Positions 40,277 to 49,442 of a stretch of 64,000 bases of DNA are shown in pieces (position 1 is the first letter of the stretch; each line of letters starts with the position of its first letter). This DNA comes from Polyangia bacterium (GTDB lineage: Bacteria > Myxococcota_A > Polyangia > JAAYKL01): contig JBNKCR010000018.1 of NCBI GenBank assembly GCA_050287845.1, forward strand, positions 10,834 through 74,833, given 5' to 3'. The notes beneath the pieces were generated by a model, which made no database searches, was not told where the DNA came from, and saw only the letters and a program-made list of their open reading frames with translations. Made by a program: the position numbers and the translations under genes.

Positions 40277-41107
40277 ATGGGACTGGTAATTAATACCAAT
40301 ATTGCTTCTATGAACGCTCAACGGAATTTGAGCAGGACTGAAGATTCACTCAACACCAGTATGGCGCGATTGTCTTCGGGAATGCGTATTACGGCATCCA
40401 AGGATGATGCGGCGGGGTTGGCAATTTCAGAAAAATTACGAGCCCAGATTCGTGGTCTGGCCCAGGCGGAACGGAATTCCCATGACGGAATCTCCCTGGT
40501 CCAGGTCGCAGAGGGTGCTTTGAACGAGGTGGGCAACATCCTTATCCGACTTCGGGAACTGGCAGTGCAGTCAGCAACGGGAACACTCGGCTCAGAGGAA
40601 CGCGGTTATCTCAATAACGAATTGAATGAATTGATGGAAGAGATGGACCGTATCGCCGGCGTCACAGACTTTAACGGCATGCAGCTGCTGGACGGCAGCG
40701 CGTCTTTCGATTTGCAGGTGGGGATTCGGAATCACCCGGATGATCGGATTCAGGTGGTGATCAGCACGATGAGTACGGTGGGTATCGGACTGGAGGGGGT
40801 TCAGATTGATGGCGCTACGGGTTCAAATGCGCGACTGGCGCTGGATGCCATTGACGTTGCCATCAATAGCGTGTCTGAGATTCGAGGTGAACTGGGTGCC
40901 ATTCAGAATCGACTGGCAAGTACCATTAAGAACCTTGCGACACAGCGCGAAAATCTTTCAGCCGCAAACAGCCGAATCCGGGATGTGGATGTGGCGGACG
41001 AGACAGTGCGGCAGACCCGGGCACAGATTCTGATGCAGGCAGGCATTTCAGTACTGTCTCAGGCAAATCAGTTGCCACAGATGGCCTTGCAGCTGATTGG
41101 CGGCTAG
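40277..41107 (+). CDS. fliC: Flagellin (276 aa, essentially D0/D1 only)
   Basis: INTNIASMNAQRNL, RLSSGMRI..KDDAAGLAISE, RGELGAIQNRL, SRIRDVDVA, QANQLP. AAGGAGG RBS. Confidence 0.97.
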   Translation: MGLVINTNIASMNAQRNLSRTEDSLNTSMARLSSGMRITASKDDAAGLAISEKLRAQIRGLAQAERNSHDGISLVQVAEGALNEVGNILIRLRELAVQSATGTLGSEERGYLNNELNELMEEMDRIAGVTDFNGMQLLDGSASFDLQVGIRNHPDDRIQVVISTMSTVGIGLEGVQIDGATGSNARLALDAIDVAINSVSEIRGELGAIQNRLASTIKNLATQRENLSAANSRIRDVDVADETVRQTRAQILMQAGISVLSQANQLPQMALQLIGG

Positions 41108-41174
41108 ACCGAATAAATTCTGAGAAGAACGACAACCGGACTGTGTTGTCCTGACAAACAACGGAGAGAAATAA

Positions 41175-41585
41175 ATGTTGCATGAACACCTGAATGTTGA
41201 GCAGACGCCTGTTGTGCAGGTGCCGGAAGAAGTGGATCGAAAAGAACTTCTTGTAGCGCTTTACGCCAGTGCGATTCGGAATGTCCAGCAGGCGAAAGAG
41301 GAAATTGATGCCGGTGCAAAGAAGGCGGAAGAGCTGCTGACCCTCGGAAAAGCGTATTGGATCGTTGAGTATTTCATTGATTCACTCGACTTTGAAGTTG
41401 CGCCGGAACTCTGTGCCGACCTCCAGTCATTGTATCATTCCATGATGGAGAAAATGACCGAGGCCTATCAGACAATGAAGAGTGAGCCTCTGATACCGGT
41501 TATCGCGGCATTGAAAGAACTGCACATGACCTGGCAGGAAGCGGTTGCCATTGTCTCCGGTGAACAGACCATTGGTCAGGCGTAA
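41175..41585 (+). CDS. Second FliS-like chaperone
   Basis: LLVALYASAI, KAYWIVE.FIDSLDFEVAPELCADLQSLY, ELHMTW; clearly similar to the FliS at 39097. Confidence 0.8.
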   Translation: MLHEHLNVEQTPVVQVPEEVDRKELLVALYASAIRNVQQAKEEIDAGAKKAEELLTLGKAYWIVEYFIDSLDFEVAPELCADLQSLYHSMMEKMTEAYQTMKSEPLIPVIAALKELHMTWQEAVAIVSGEQTIGQA

Positions 41586-41686
41586 CAGGCAGTATTAACA
41601 ATTCAGTAGACGTCGCACCGTGACGCCGACCATGAAAAATCATGACCGACGAACGGGGCGGTGCGCAAAAAAAAGGGGTCGATACC

Positions 41687-42430
41687 ATGACGCTTAAAAC
41701 CATCACCATCAATACTTCAACAACAATCGCATCCCCTGAGATCAGGTTGGCGGAGGTTCCGTATGCCGGAATCTGGCAGTACGTGGGGAGTTGTATCGAC
41801 TACTCGACCGACGCTACCAGTGGGGTTATCAGGGATTTGAATCACGCGACGCAGGCAGCGGCGAATCGGCTTGCCAAAAAGTTGTCTCTCCGCAACATCT
41901 CAATAGAGGTCGTGATCGATCCACTGATTCCGCCCACCAGTCTGTCCTTTGCACAGATGGTTCCACTGATTGAGGAAATCGGCGAAAACGCATCTGCATC
42001 TGTTGAGCCGGGACCGGGGACTGTGGTGTTGAGAACCTGGTGGCGCGGCGGGTATGCGGGGGTGGACGCCATCGGCAGAGACGCCACCGTTCCGGACGTG
42101 ATCAAACAGAACCTGATGATGCCCGGCTTTTCGACCAAGGCAGGAGAATGGGATACGGGCTTTGGCCTGCACTCTGCTTCTCAACGGGCGAAAGCCCTCA
42201 ACGGCATGATCGAATTCTTTGACAGTGAGGATGAAGGTCCTGCTTTCCGATTTGCGATTCCGGTAAAAATGGCGTCATCCGCGGGTTCGCCGGAAGCCCG
42301 GGTGGAAGTACCGGAATACGCGGTCCGGGAAGTACCTGCCGCGATTGATTTTAACTGGTATTTTCCCGCCGTTGGGGATTCTGCCGAAATAACCGGAAAT
42401 ACAACCGAAGCACGTCTGTTCAAGGCCTGA
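41687..42430 (+). CDS. Stand-alone degenerate HATPase_c (kinase catalytic domain without DHp)
   Basis: DLN..., IGENA (N-box-like), PGFSTK..DTGFGL (F/G2), GPAFRFAIP. No DxGxG and no H-box. Start may be 41642. Confidence 0.65.
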   Translation: MTLKTITINTSTTIASPEIRLAEVPYAGIWQYVGSCIDYSTDATSGVIRDLNHATQAAANRLAKKLSLRNISIEVVIDPLIPPTSLSFAQMVPLIEEIGENASASVEPGPGTVVLRTWWRGGYAGVDAIGRDATVPDVIKQNLMMPGFSTKAGEWDTGFGLHSASQRAKALNGMIEFFDSEDEGPAFRFAIPVKMASSAGSPEARVEVPEYAVREVPAAIDFNWYFPAVGDSAEITGNTTEARLFKA

Positions 42431-42456
42431 TTCAAAACTGAGCGTGAGATGGTGAT

Positions 42457-43500
42457 ATGTTACGTCTGGAAATGATAAACAAGGTGGCGGATGTCAAAGG
42501 TACGGTCGTGGAAGTGCTATCCTGGCCCAATGGTGAACCGGCGGGATATCACTGGGACAATGGCCGGGACTTTGCGAATGGCGGCGCACCGGTCGCATTT
42601 GATTTCAGGAAGTCCAGTAGCGAGCTGCCCTGGAAGGATAAAATTCACGCTGTGATTTGGTTCTTCGGACCGTCGAAAGTGAAATCTCCGCAATCTGTTC
42701 TCGCATGGCTGCATGCACGCATGTCCGATGATGGTATGATTCATCTGACAAACGAGATTCCATGGCATGGTAAGACGTCGCAGACTCAGGAGTTTGCCCT
42801 GTACAATAATGAGGAAATTCACGCACTGCTGGTGCGCAATGGTTTTAATTGCATTGAGCACCTCGAAGAAGGGCTGTATTTCAGACATTGGCGCGCCCGC
42901 AAATCCACCAACGTTGTGCCAGAGCGCTTTATGAAAGTGGAAACCGAACTCACAAACGGCGATTGGCAGGCAGCGGTGGCGGCATTGGGGAAATTGGACG
43001 ATCAGTTGGATTCGCTTCCCGCGGTGAGAGAATATGCATTGCTGCTGGCGGCCTGTCATGATTTGGCGGGTAACACGGCACGCAGCTATGCGGCGTTGAC
43101 CGAAGCGCTCCGACTGGACCCCCGTTGCGGCCGTGCGTTGTGCGGGTTGGGCAGGTTGGCAGCGCTGAATGACGATTTGGATGGCGCATTGCTGTTTTTT
43201 GATTCTGCGTTGAGAAAATCGCCGTATCTGGTTGCTGCGCTGGAAGGCCGGGCAACCGTAAACGAAATGTTGGGGAATTACCGTTCGGCATATGAAGACC
43301 TGCTGGATGCCACCAGTTTTCGTCCCGGAGACAGAGAATTGCTTCTGGATGTGATTCGGGTGGGAAATCAGCTGGGGTTGCACGAAGAAGTTACTTCGTT
43401 GCTCTTTACCCGAGCGGACACGGGTACGGACTGGGACAGTTTTCAACTCACGCCGGAACATACAGCCGACGACCCGCGCATCGAGCATGTGATCGGCTGA
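42457..43500 (+). CDS. TPR protein with a methyltransferase-like N-terminal remnant
   Basis: C-terminal TPRs (EALRLDPRCGRALCGLG). N-terminal PQSVLAWLHARMSDDGMIHL resembles the class I SAM-MTase C-terminal half. Confidence 0.55.
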   Translation: MLRLEMINKVADVKGTVVEVLSWPNGEPAGYHWDNGRDFANGGAPVAFDFRKSSSELPWKDKIHAVIWFFGPSKVKSPQSVLAWLHARMSDDGMIHLTNEIPWHGKTSQTQEFALYNNEEIHALLVRNGFNCIEHLEEGLYFRHWRARKSTNVVPERFMKVETELTNGDWQAAVAALGKLDDQLDSLPAVREYALLLAACHDLAGNTARSYAALTEALRLDPRCGRALCGLGRLAALNDDLDGALLFFDSALRKSPYLVAALEGRATVNEMLGNYRSAYEDLLDATSFRPGDRELLLDVIRVGNQLGLHEEVTSLLFTRADTGTDWDSFQLTPEHTADDPRIEHVIG

Positions 43501-43713
43501 TACCGCGATCATTGGGTTGCCCACTTCGCGAATCATTCATTTCAGCACAACAATATTCATTGAGATAACCGGTCCGGGACTGGACGCAGAGGGTGTTTGA
43601 CGCTATGCTTTTTCCTGCGATTCTGACCATCCACTTCGGCGGAAAACGATTTTTGAAGCTGGGAAAAAGGATTTATGACAGTTCCATTGGTGCACTTTTA
43701 TACTGGTTACCGA

Positions 43714-44397
43714 ATGAAAACTTTCGAAAAAATCTTCCCGTTTTTATTCCCCACTTTTTTCATCTTCGCATGCCAGACCAGTCCGCTTGATTTTGAATTG
43801 GCCGACTCCGCCTCTGCGACGGCAACAACAGATACAGATACGGGAACGGCTAATTATGTGATGGATTCAGATTCACACATTGTCGATTGGCAATACGATA
43901 CAGGCGACGGAACAGGGGGACAGGATGAATCATGTTACCTGCGTACGGGAAGCGATGGACCGGTTGCCTGGTGCGATTCACCGGATTTGCATGCGCAGGC
44001 TTGCGATACCTTTGAGTCGAAGTGCTGTTGTCGGCTGGCGTGCTCTCCAGCGATATGTGCAAGCGGAGTGGACTTCAATACGCCGTGTCAATACTTCGAT
44101 GTTGTCGAAAAGAACGGATATTGCAGTCACCCTGCGGATAATATTCCTGTGGACTACACATGCATGGGCCAATGTACGCCGCGCAGCGACTGCAGTCAGG
44201 TGGATGACGACGGCAGCTGCATGGACACCGATGCACCGAAGTCAGGTATGTGTCTGATTTATGACACAGAAAACAATCCGGTATTCTGTCAGAAAAACTG
44301 TGAGATGACATTCTGCGACACATCCCATATGTGTGCTCCTCTTTTTGATTCCGCTGGGCAATTCAGTCAAAAAGGCGCTTGCGTTCCGGTGAATTGA
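43714..44397 (+). CDS. Cysteine-rich lipoprotein
   Basis: Lipobox IFAC, D/T linker, 20 further Cys. Confidence 0.7.
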   Translation: MKTFEKIFPFLFPTFFIFACQTSPLDFELADSASATATTDTDTGTANYVMDSDSHIVDWQYDTGDGTGGQDESCYLRTGSDGPVAWCDSPDLHAQACDTFESKCCCRLACSPAICASGVDFNTPCQYFDVVEKNGYCSHPADNIPVDYTCMGQCTPRSDCSQVDDDGSCMDTDAPKSGMCLIYDTENNPVFCQKNCEMTFCDTSHMCAPLFDSAGQFSQKGACVPVN

Positions 44398-44653
44398 CTG
44401 GCAAAGTAACTATCCGTAATTTCAGAGTAAATCATTGGTGTTTCACTCCCCATGAGTGGGTCGTGAACGCGCATTCTGAAAGCATATTTTTATGACAATA
44501 TTGTGACAGATATTTGCTAGAGCGAATCCTGTCAGCGTTGATTGTAAAGCGAAATGGATATGTGAGCGTTTCAGTTGGACAGAACGTTCGGAGTCGGGCA
44601 ACCGGGAATGGTGTGAGTCCAGCACCGATAAGATTTAAAGACACGATTGAAAT

Positions 44654-45466
44654 ATGCATTCTGGAAAAACAGAAGTGAACATCACGATCAAAGACGGGCT
44701 GAAAGTCGCGGGCACTACCAGTACCGGTGGATTCATTGTTCCCCCGCGCCCCCTGAACATCATTGTGGGGGCGTTTGGCAGTGGCAAAACAGAAGTCGCT
44801 GTGAACTGGTCCATTGCGCTGGCCAGAGACGGATATGGCGTTCGACTGGCCGATTTGGATGTTGCGAATCCGTATTTCCGCTCACGGGAAGCGCAGGGGG
44901 AATTGCGACAGAATGGCGTGGAACCGGTAATTCCGGCGGGAGAAGTGCAGTTTTCAGATTTACCCGTGCTCATTCCTCAGATTAAAGGGATGCTGCAGCG
45001 GGAAACCGGGGATTTTTCTTTTTTTGATGTGGGCGGTGATGAAGCCGGCGCCAAAGTTCTGGCTTCCCTTCGCAACGCATTCCCCAATACGCCATACGCC
45101 CTGTATCAGGTCATCAACAGCCGACGACCGTTCACCGACAGCGTTGCCGGGTGCATTGAAATGAAAAAAGCGCTTGAACGAACCTCGGGGCTGCGAATTA
45201 CTTCGTATATCATTAATTCCCATCTGATGTCGTTGACTACCCTGGATGTTGTGGCCGAAGGGATGGATTTCGGCGAAAAATTGGAAGCCGAAACCGGGGT
45301 TCCGGTGTCATTTGTCACCGTCATGCACGATGCGGTGGATGTTACAAAGTTGAAAAAAATCGCAAGGTATCCTATTGCTGAGATGACACGACGGATGCTG
45401 CCTCCCTGGTTAACGAGAAATGCTGCCCAGGCCTGGCCGCTTTCCGCCGGGGACAGACGAGGTTGA
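44654..45466 (+). CDS. P-loop NTPase associated with 2-oxoacid oxidoreductase operons
   Basis: GAFGSGKT, DLDVANPYFRSRE, DVGGD..GA, INSRRPFT, NSHL. Confidence 0.8.
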   Translation: MHSGKTEVNITIKDGLKVAGTTSTGGFIVPPRPLNIIVGAFGSGKTEVAVNWSIALARDGYGVRLADLDVANPYFRSREAQGELRQNGVEPVIPAGEVQFSDLPVLIPQIKGMLQRETGDFSFFDVGGDEAGAKVLASLRNAFPNTPYALYQVINSRRPFTDSVAGCIEMKKALERTSGLRITSYIINSHLMSLTTLDVVAEGMDFGEKLEAETGVPVSFVTVMHDAVDVTKLKKIARYPIAEMTRRMLPPWLTRNAAQAWPLSAGDRRG

Positions 45467-45468
45467 AC

Positions 45469-45723
45469 ATGCCGCTGATAAAAGTAGAGAACGACAAATG
45501 CAAGGGATGTGAACTGTGTATCAGCGCATGTCCGCAGCAAATTATCAAACTGTCGGATGACATTAACTCGCAGGGATTTCGCTTTGCGGTGGTGGATGAT
45601 AAATCCCGTTGTATTGGTTGTAAACTGTGCGCCATATCCTGCCCCGATCTGGCTATCGAGGTATTTGCGGAAGGCTGCTATTATCAATTTTATCCATACG
45701 AAGTCCTGGAAAAACGCTCATGA
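45469..45723 (+). CDS. 2x[4Fe-4S] ferredoxin, delta subunit of the oxidoreductase
   Basis: CKGCELCISACP and CIGCKLCAISCP. Confidence 0.9.
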   Translation: MPLIKVENDKCKGCELCISACPQQIIKLSDDINSQGFRFAVVDDKSRCIGCKLCAISCPDLAIEVFAEGCYYQFYPYEVLEKRS

Positions 45724-46793
45724 CGAAAATTCTGATGAAAGGCAATGAAGCAATTGGCGAAGCCGCTATCAAGGCGGGTTGTCTTCATTTTTTCGGATAT
45801 CCGATCACGCCTCAGAACGAATTGCCCGAATATCTGTCACGGCGGTTACCGCAAGTGGGGGGGCGGTACGTTCAGACCGAAAGCGAAGTGGCCACCAGCA
45901 ATATGATATTCGGCGCTGCGGGCGTCGGGGTCCGGGTGATGACGTCATCATCGTCTCCGGGCATCAGTTTAATGTCCGAGGGATTGTCTTATCTCGCCGG
46001 TGCGGATTTACCCGTGGTGGTGGTGAATATGATGCGTGCCGGTCCCGGATTGGCCGGAATTTTGCCCGCGCAGAGCGATTATGCCCACGCAACCCGGGGC
46101 ACGGCACATGGTGATTTTAAATTATTGGTCCTGGCACCGGCATCTGTTCAGGAAGCCGTGGATTTGACCATGCTCAGCTTTGAACTGGCCGACCGATACC
46201 GCATGCCGGTGATGCTGCTGGGCGATGGAATGATTGGTCAGATGATGGAGCCGGTATCGTTTCCGGACGTGGAAGTGGGGCCTCCCATGGACGCATCGGA
46301 TTGGGCGCTCACCGGATGTCGGGGCAGGGAACCGCGTCTGGTCAGTTCCCTTTTTCTTGATCCGGTGGAACTCAACGAAAAGAATCACGAACGTTTTCGA
46401 AGATATGATATAGTCGCACAGAACGAAACGCGATTTGAGCTGTATAACTGTGATGAACCATACGATATTCTGATTACTGCCTTCGGGGTGATGAGTCGGG
46501 TGTGCAAATCAGCGATCACGGAATTGACCAACCAGGGTATCCGGGTTGGTCTGTTTCGGCCCATCACGGTGAGCCCATTTCCCGCTGATGCGTTGTCCAG
46601 GGCAATTTTCAGTGCAAAGCGCGTTCTCGATGTAGAAATGAACATGGGCCAAATGCTTGTGGATGTCCAACTGGCAGCAAAGGGTAGAGTGGAAGTGGAT
46701 TTTCTCGGTAAGTGCGGTGGTCTCACACCATCCATCGAGGACATTGTGGACGGGGTAATGGAAAGTGTGGCCCGGGCACAGGGGGTAATGTGA
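45720..46793 (+). CDS. 2-oxoacid:ferredoxin oxidoreductase alpha subunit (VorB-like)
   Basis: MKGNEA, GYPITP, ESE, TSSSSPGISL, GQMMEP, EMNMGQ. Confidence 0.9.
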   Translation: MTKILMKGNEAIGEAAIKAGCLHFFGYPITPQNELPEYLSRRLPQVGGRYVQTESEVATSNMIFGAAGVGVRVMTSSSSPGISLMSEGLSYLAGADLPVVVVNMMRAGPGLAGILPAQSDYAHATRGTAHGDFKLLVLAPASVQEAVDLTMLSFELADRYRMPVMLLGDGMIGQMMEPVSFPDVEVGPPMDASDWALTGCRGREPRLVSSLFLDPVELNEKNHERFRRYDIVAQNETRFELYNCDEPYDILITAFGVMSRVCKSAITELTNQGIRVGLFRPITVSPFPADALSRAIFSAKRVLDVEMNMGQMLVDVQLAAKGRVEVDFLGKCGGLTPSIEDIVDGVMESVARAQGVM

Positions 46794-47548
46794 AAAGGAT
46801 ATTCGCACATACCGAAGGCATGATTACCGATCCGATGCATTATTGCCCCGGATGCACCCACGGCATTATTCATCGTCTGGTAGGCGAAACGCTCATTGAA
46901 CTCGGCATTCGCGAGCAGGCGGTAGGGATCTCTCCGGTTGGATGTTCGGTATTTACCTACAAGTATTTCCGCTGCGATATGTTTCAGGCTTCCCATGGCC
47001 GGGCGCCGGCGGTAGCCACAGGGGCCAAACGATGTCGCCCCGATTTGATTGTGTTCTGCTATCAGGGAGATGGCGATTTGGCGGCAATTGGTACATCGGA
47101 AATCATTCACGCGGCCAATCGGGGCGAAAAGATCACATGCATTTTTGTAAATAACGCTATCTATGGAATGACCGGTGGTCAGATGGCGCCAACGACAGTT
47201 CCCGGCCAGCGTACGTCGACAACACCAGGCGGCCGAAAAGTGGAAGAAGACGGTTTTCCGTTGAAAATGTCAGAAATTCTGGCTCAACTTCAGACTCCGG
47301 GGTATATTGCCCGGGTTTCCATGCATTCACCAGCTGAAATAATCAGGGCAAGGCAAATTGTCCGCAAAGCGTTTGAATACCAGGTGAATAATACCTGTTT
47401 CAGTTTTGTCGAGTTCCTCTCGACATGTCCGACGAACTGGGGACTTTCTCCAGTGGATTCACTGAACTGGATTAAAAACAATATGCTGCCTTATTATCCG
47501 CTTGGAGAACATAAAGTTCCTGAGCAGGAAACGGGAGGTGTTCAATGA
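46790..47548 (+). CDS. 2-oxoacid:ferredoxin oxidoreductase beta (TPP-binding) subunit
   Basis: YCPGCTHG, PVGCS, HGRA, QGDGD...NNAIYGMTGGQ, CPTNW. Confidence 0.92.
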   Translation: MKRIFAHTEGMITDPMHYCPGCTHGIIHRLVGETLIELGIREQAVGISPVGCSVFTYKYFRCDMFQASHGRAPAVATGAKRCRPDLIVFCYQGDGDLAAIGTSEIIHAANRGEKITCIFVNNAIYGMTGGQMAPTTVPGQRTSTTPGGRKVEEDGFPLKMSEILAQLQTPGYIARVSMHSPAEIIRARQIVRKAFEYQVNNTCFSFVEFLSTCPTNWGLSPVDSLNWIKNNMLPYYPLGEHKVPEQETGGVQ

Positions 47549-48168
47549 GGTGTACGGATGTGCTGTTTGCCGGCTTCGGTGGCCACGGGATGTTGATGGC
47601 CGGAAAGCTTTTGGCTCAATCCATGATCAAACAGGGACGGCAAGTTTCATGGCTTCCTGCCTACGGTGCGGAAATGCGAGGGGGAACCGCAAACGTGACA
47701 GTCTGCATTTCAGATGGAGAGGTCATGTCGCCGTATATTGAACGGCCCAACGCGCTGGTCGTTATGAATACGCCATCACTGAACAAGTTTGGTCCCCGCG
47801 TGAAACCGGGCGGTTTGATTCTACTGAACTCCACATTGATCAGAGAACCGTTCGAGCGGTTGGATTGTCCGGTGATGAGCCTGCCTGCCAGTCGAATTGC
47901 CATGGATATGGGAAATGCAAAAGCGACAAATCTGATTTTACTGGGCGCATATGCAGGCATTACACAAATCACAACACAGAGCGAAATGACCGAAGTGATT
48001 CAGGAAACATTTACCCGAAAGCCCAAATTCATTCCAATAAATGTGTCCGCCTTTGTTGCCGGATGGAAAGAGGGAAATCGCCTGCGTCAGGAATTCGGTT
48101 TTGAGATCACCGCGGATGAAGAAGATGAAAATGAGTTGAATTCTTCGTATGCGTATTCAAACGGATAA
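47545..48168 (+). CDS. 2-oxoacid:ferredoxin oxidoreductase gamma subunit
   Basis: AGFGGHG, PAYGAEMRGG, N.ILLGA. Confidence 0.9.
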   Translation: MRCTDVLFAGFGGHGMLMAGKLLAQSMIKQGRQVSWLPAYGAEMRGGTANVTVCISDGEVMSPYIERPNALVVMNTPSLNKFGPRVKPGGLILLNSTLIREPFERLDCPVMSLPASRIAMDMGNAKATNLILLGAYAGITQITTQSEMTEVIQETFTRKPKFIPINVSAFVAGWKEGNRLRQEFGFEITADEEDENELNSSYAYSNG

Positions 48169-48234
48169 CCAGACTGGCACGCAGATGATGCCATTCTGTC
48201 AAGTTGATGGAATACCCGATTTTATGATTGAGTT

Positions 48235-48999
48235 ATGTACATTCGTATAGATGGAAAGCAAGTAGAAGCAAAAAAATGGGATACCGTACTCACCGCAGCC
48301 CGTCGGGCCGGTATCGACATCCCATCGTTGTGTTATCATCCGGCACTGGAAACCGCTGCCGCCTGTCGCATGTGTGTGGTGGAGGTATTTCACGTTGGAT
48401 GGTCCGATCCCCAGATAGTAGCTTCATGCGATTATAAAGTCTCTGAAGGACTTGAAGTATCGACACACACCGAAAAGATACAGAAATTGCGACAGTCCAC
48501 CATCGAGTTGCTGCTGGCCCGTGCTCCCGCAAGCCCGGCACTTCAGAGATTGGCGGAAGATTTCAATTTATCACCCCGGTCACTGCCTCTGGTTCCCGAT
48601 GCCGGAAATTGCATTCTCTGTCTGTTGTGCACCCGGGTATGTGAGCAAATGGGATGCCATGCGATTTCTGTGGCTGGCCGAGGTGAGAAGCGATTTATAT
48701 CAACGCCATACAACGGCCCCGCTGACACATGCATCGGTTGTGGCGCATGTGCGCGAATCTGCCCCACCAATTGCATTGAAATGACAGAAACGTCGACCAC
48801 GATTACCATCTGGGGAAAAGAATTTGAGAGAGTTCAGTGTGACGCCTGTGGCTCTCCCCTTATTTCAAAGGCCTATCGCGAATATGCCATTGCCAGCCGC
48901 GAATTGTCCGATGATTATTATTCGCAGTGCCCTGAATGCAAGCGAAATGAAACCGCGCAGAAATTTTCGGGTCTTCTGTTGAAGGTGCACCATGGATAA
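48235..48999 (+). CDS. [2Fe-2S]+2x[4Fe-4S] protein resembling the NuoG/HydA N-terminus
   Basis: IPSLCY..ACRMCVV..ASC; CILCLLC, CIGCGAC..CP; C-terminal CxxC...CxxC. Confidence 0.85.
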   Translation: MYIRIDGKQVEAKKWDTVLTAARRAGIDIPSLCYHPALETAAACRMCVVEVFHVGWSDPQIVASCDYKVSEGLEVSTHTEKIQKLRQSTIELLLARAPASPALQRLAEDFNLSPRSLPLVPDAGNCILCLLCTRVCEQMGCHAISVAGRGEKRFISTPYNGPADTCIGCGACARICPTNCIEMTETSTTITIWGKEFERVQCDACGSPLISKAYREYAIASRELSDDYYSQCPECKRNETAQKFSGLLLKVHHG

Positions 49000-49393
49000 G
49001 TCGCTGGTTGTCATCCCGTCAAGATGTGTTGGTTGCGGCACCTGTAAACTGGCCTGTTCTATGGTGAAGGGAAAAGGGGAGGGAATTGCCCGGCACAGAA
49101 TTCATATTTACACCTCTTCTCCGGATACCCATGTGCAGGTTGCCTGTTTGCAATGTGTTGAAGCGGCCTGTATGAAAGTGTGTACTTCGGGCGCGCTGGT
49201 ACGAAATCCCGATACGGGCGCGATCGAAGTAAACGAAAGCAGATGCATTGGCTGCGGGCTGTGTGAAATTGCCTGCCCATTTGGACATATGCATTTTTCC
49301 ACACAACGGCAGAAACCTGAAAAATGTGACCTTTGCGCCGGCGACCCTGCCTGCGTCCGGTTCTGTCCACACGGTGCACTCGAATACCGATAA
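48992..49393 (+). CDS. 4x[4Fe-4S] CooF/DmsB-like electron-transfer protein
   Basis: CVGCGTCKLAC, CLQC..AC..VC, CIGCGLCEIACP, KCDLC..PACVRFCP. Confidence 0.88.
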   Translation: MDKSLVVIPSRCVGCGTCKLACSMVKGKGEGIARHRIHIYTSSPDTHVQVACLQCVEAACMKVCTSGALVRNPDTGAIEVNESRCIGCGLCEIACPFGHMHFSTQRQKPEKCDLCAGDPACVRFCPHGALEYR

Positions 49394-49442
49394 TTCGAAT
49401 CAATATCGAAACAATCATGTGATAGAAACAATAAGGTAATAG

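Noticed and set aside
41131-41150. Hairpin GACAAC...GTTGTC after flagellin
   Set aside because: Weak stem with no U-tract, so not called a terminator.
42517-43536. 339-aa minus-strand ORF
   Set aside because: Antisense shadow of the TPR gene with no recognisable features.
44495-44504. Palindrome ACAATATTGT upstream of the oxidoreductase operon, considered as a Rex/FNR site
   Set aside because: Does not match TTGTGAA-N4-TTCACAA or TTGAT-N4-ATCAA, and is too short to call.
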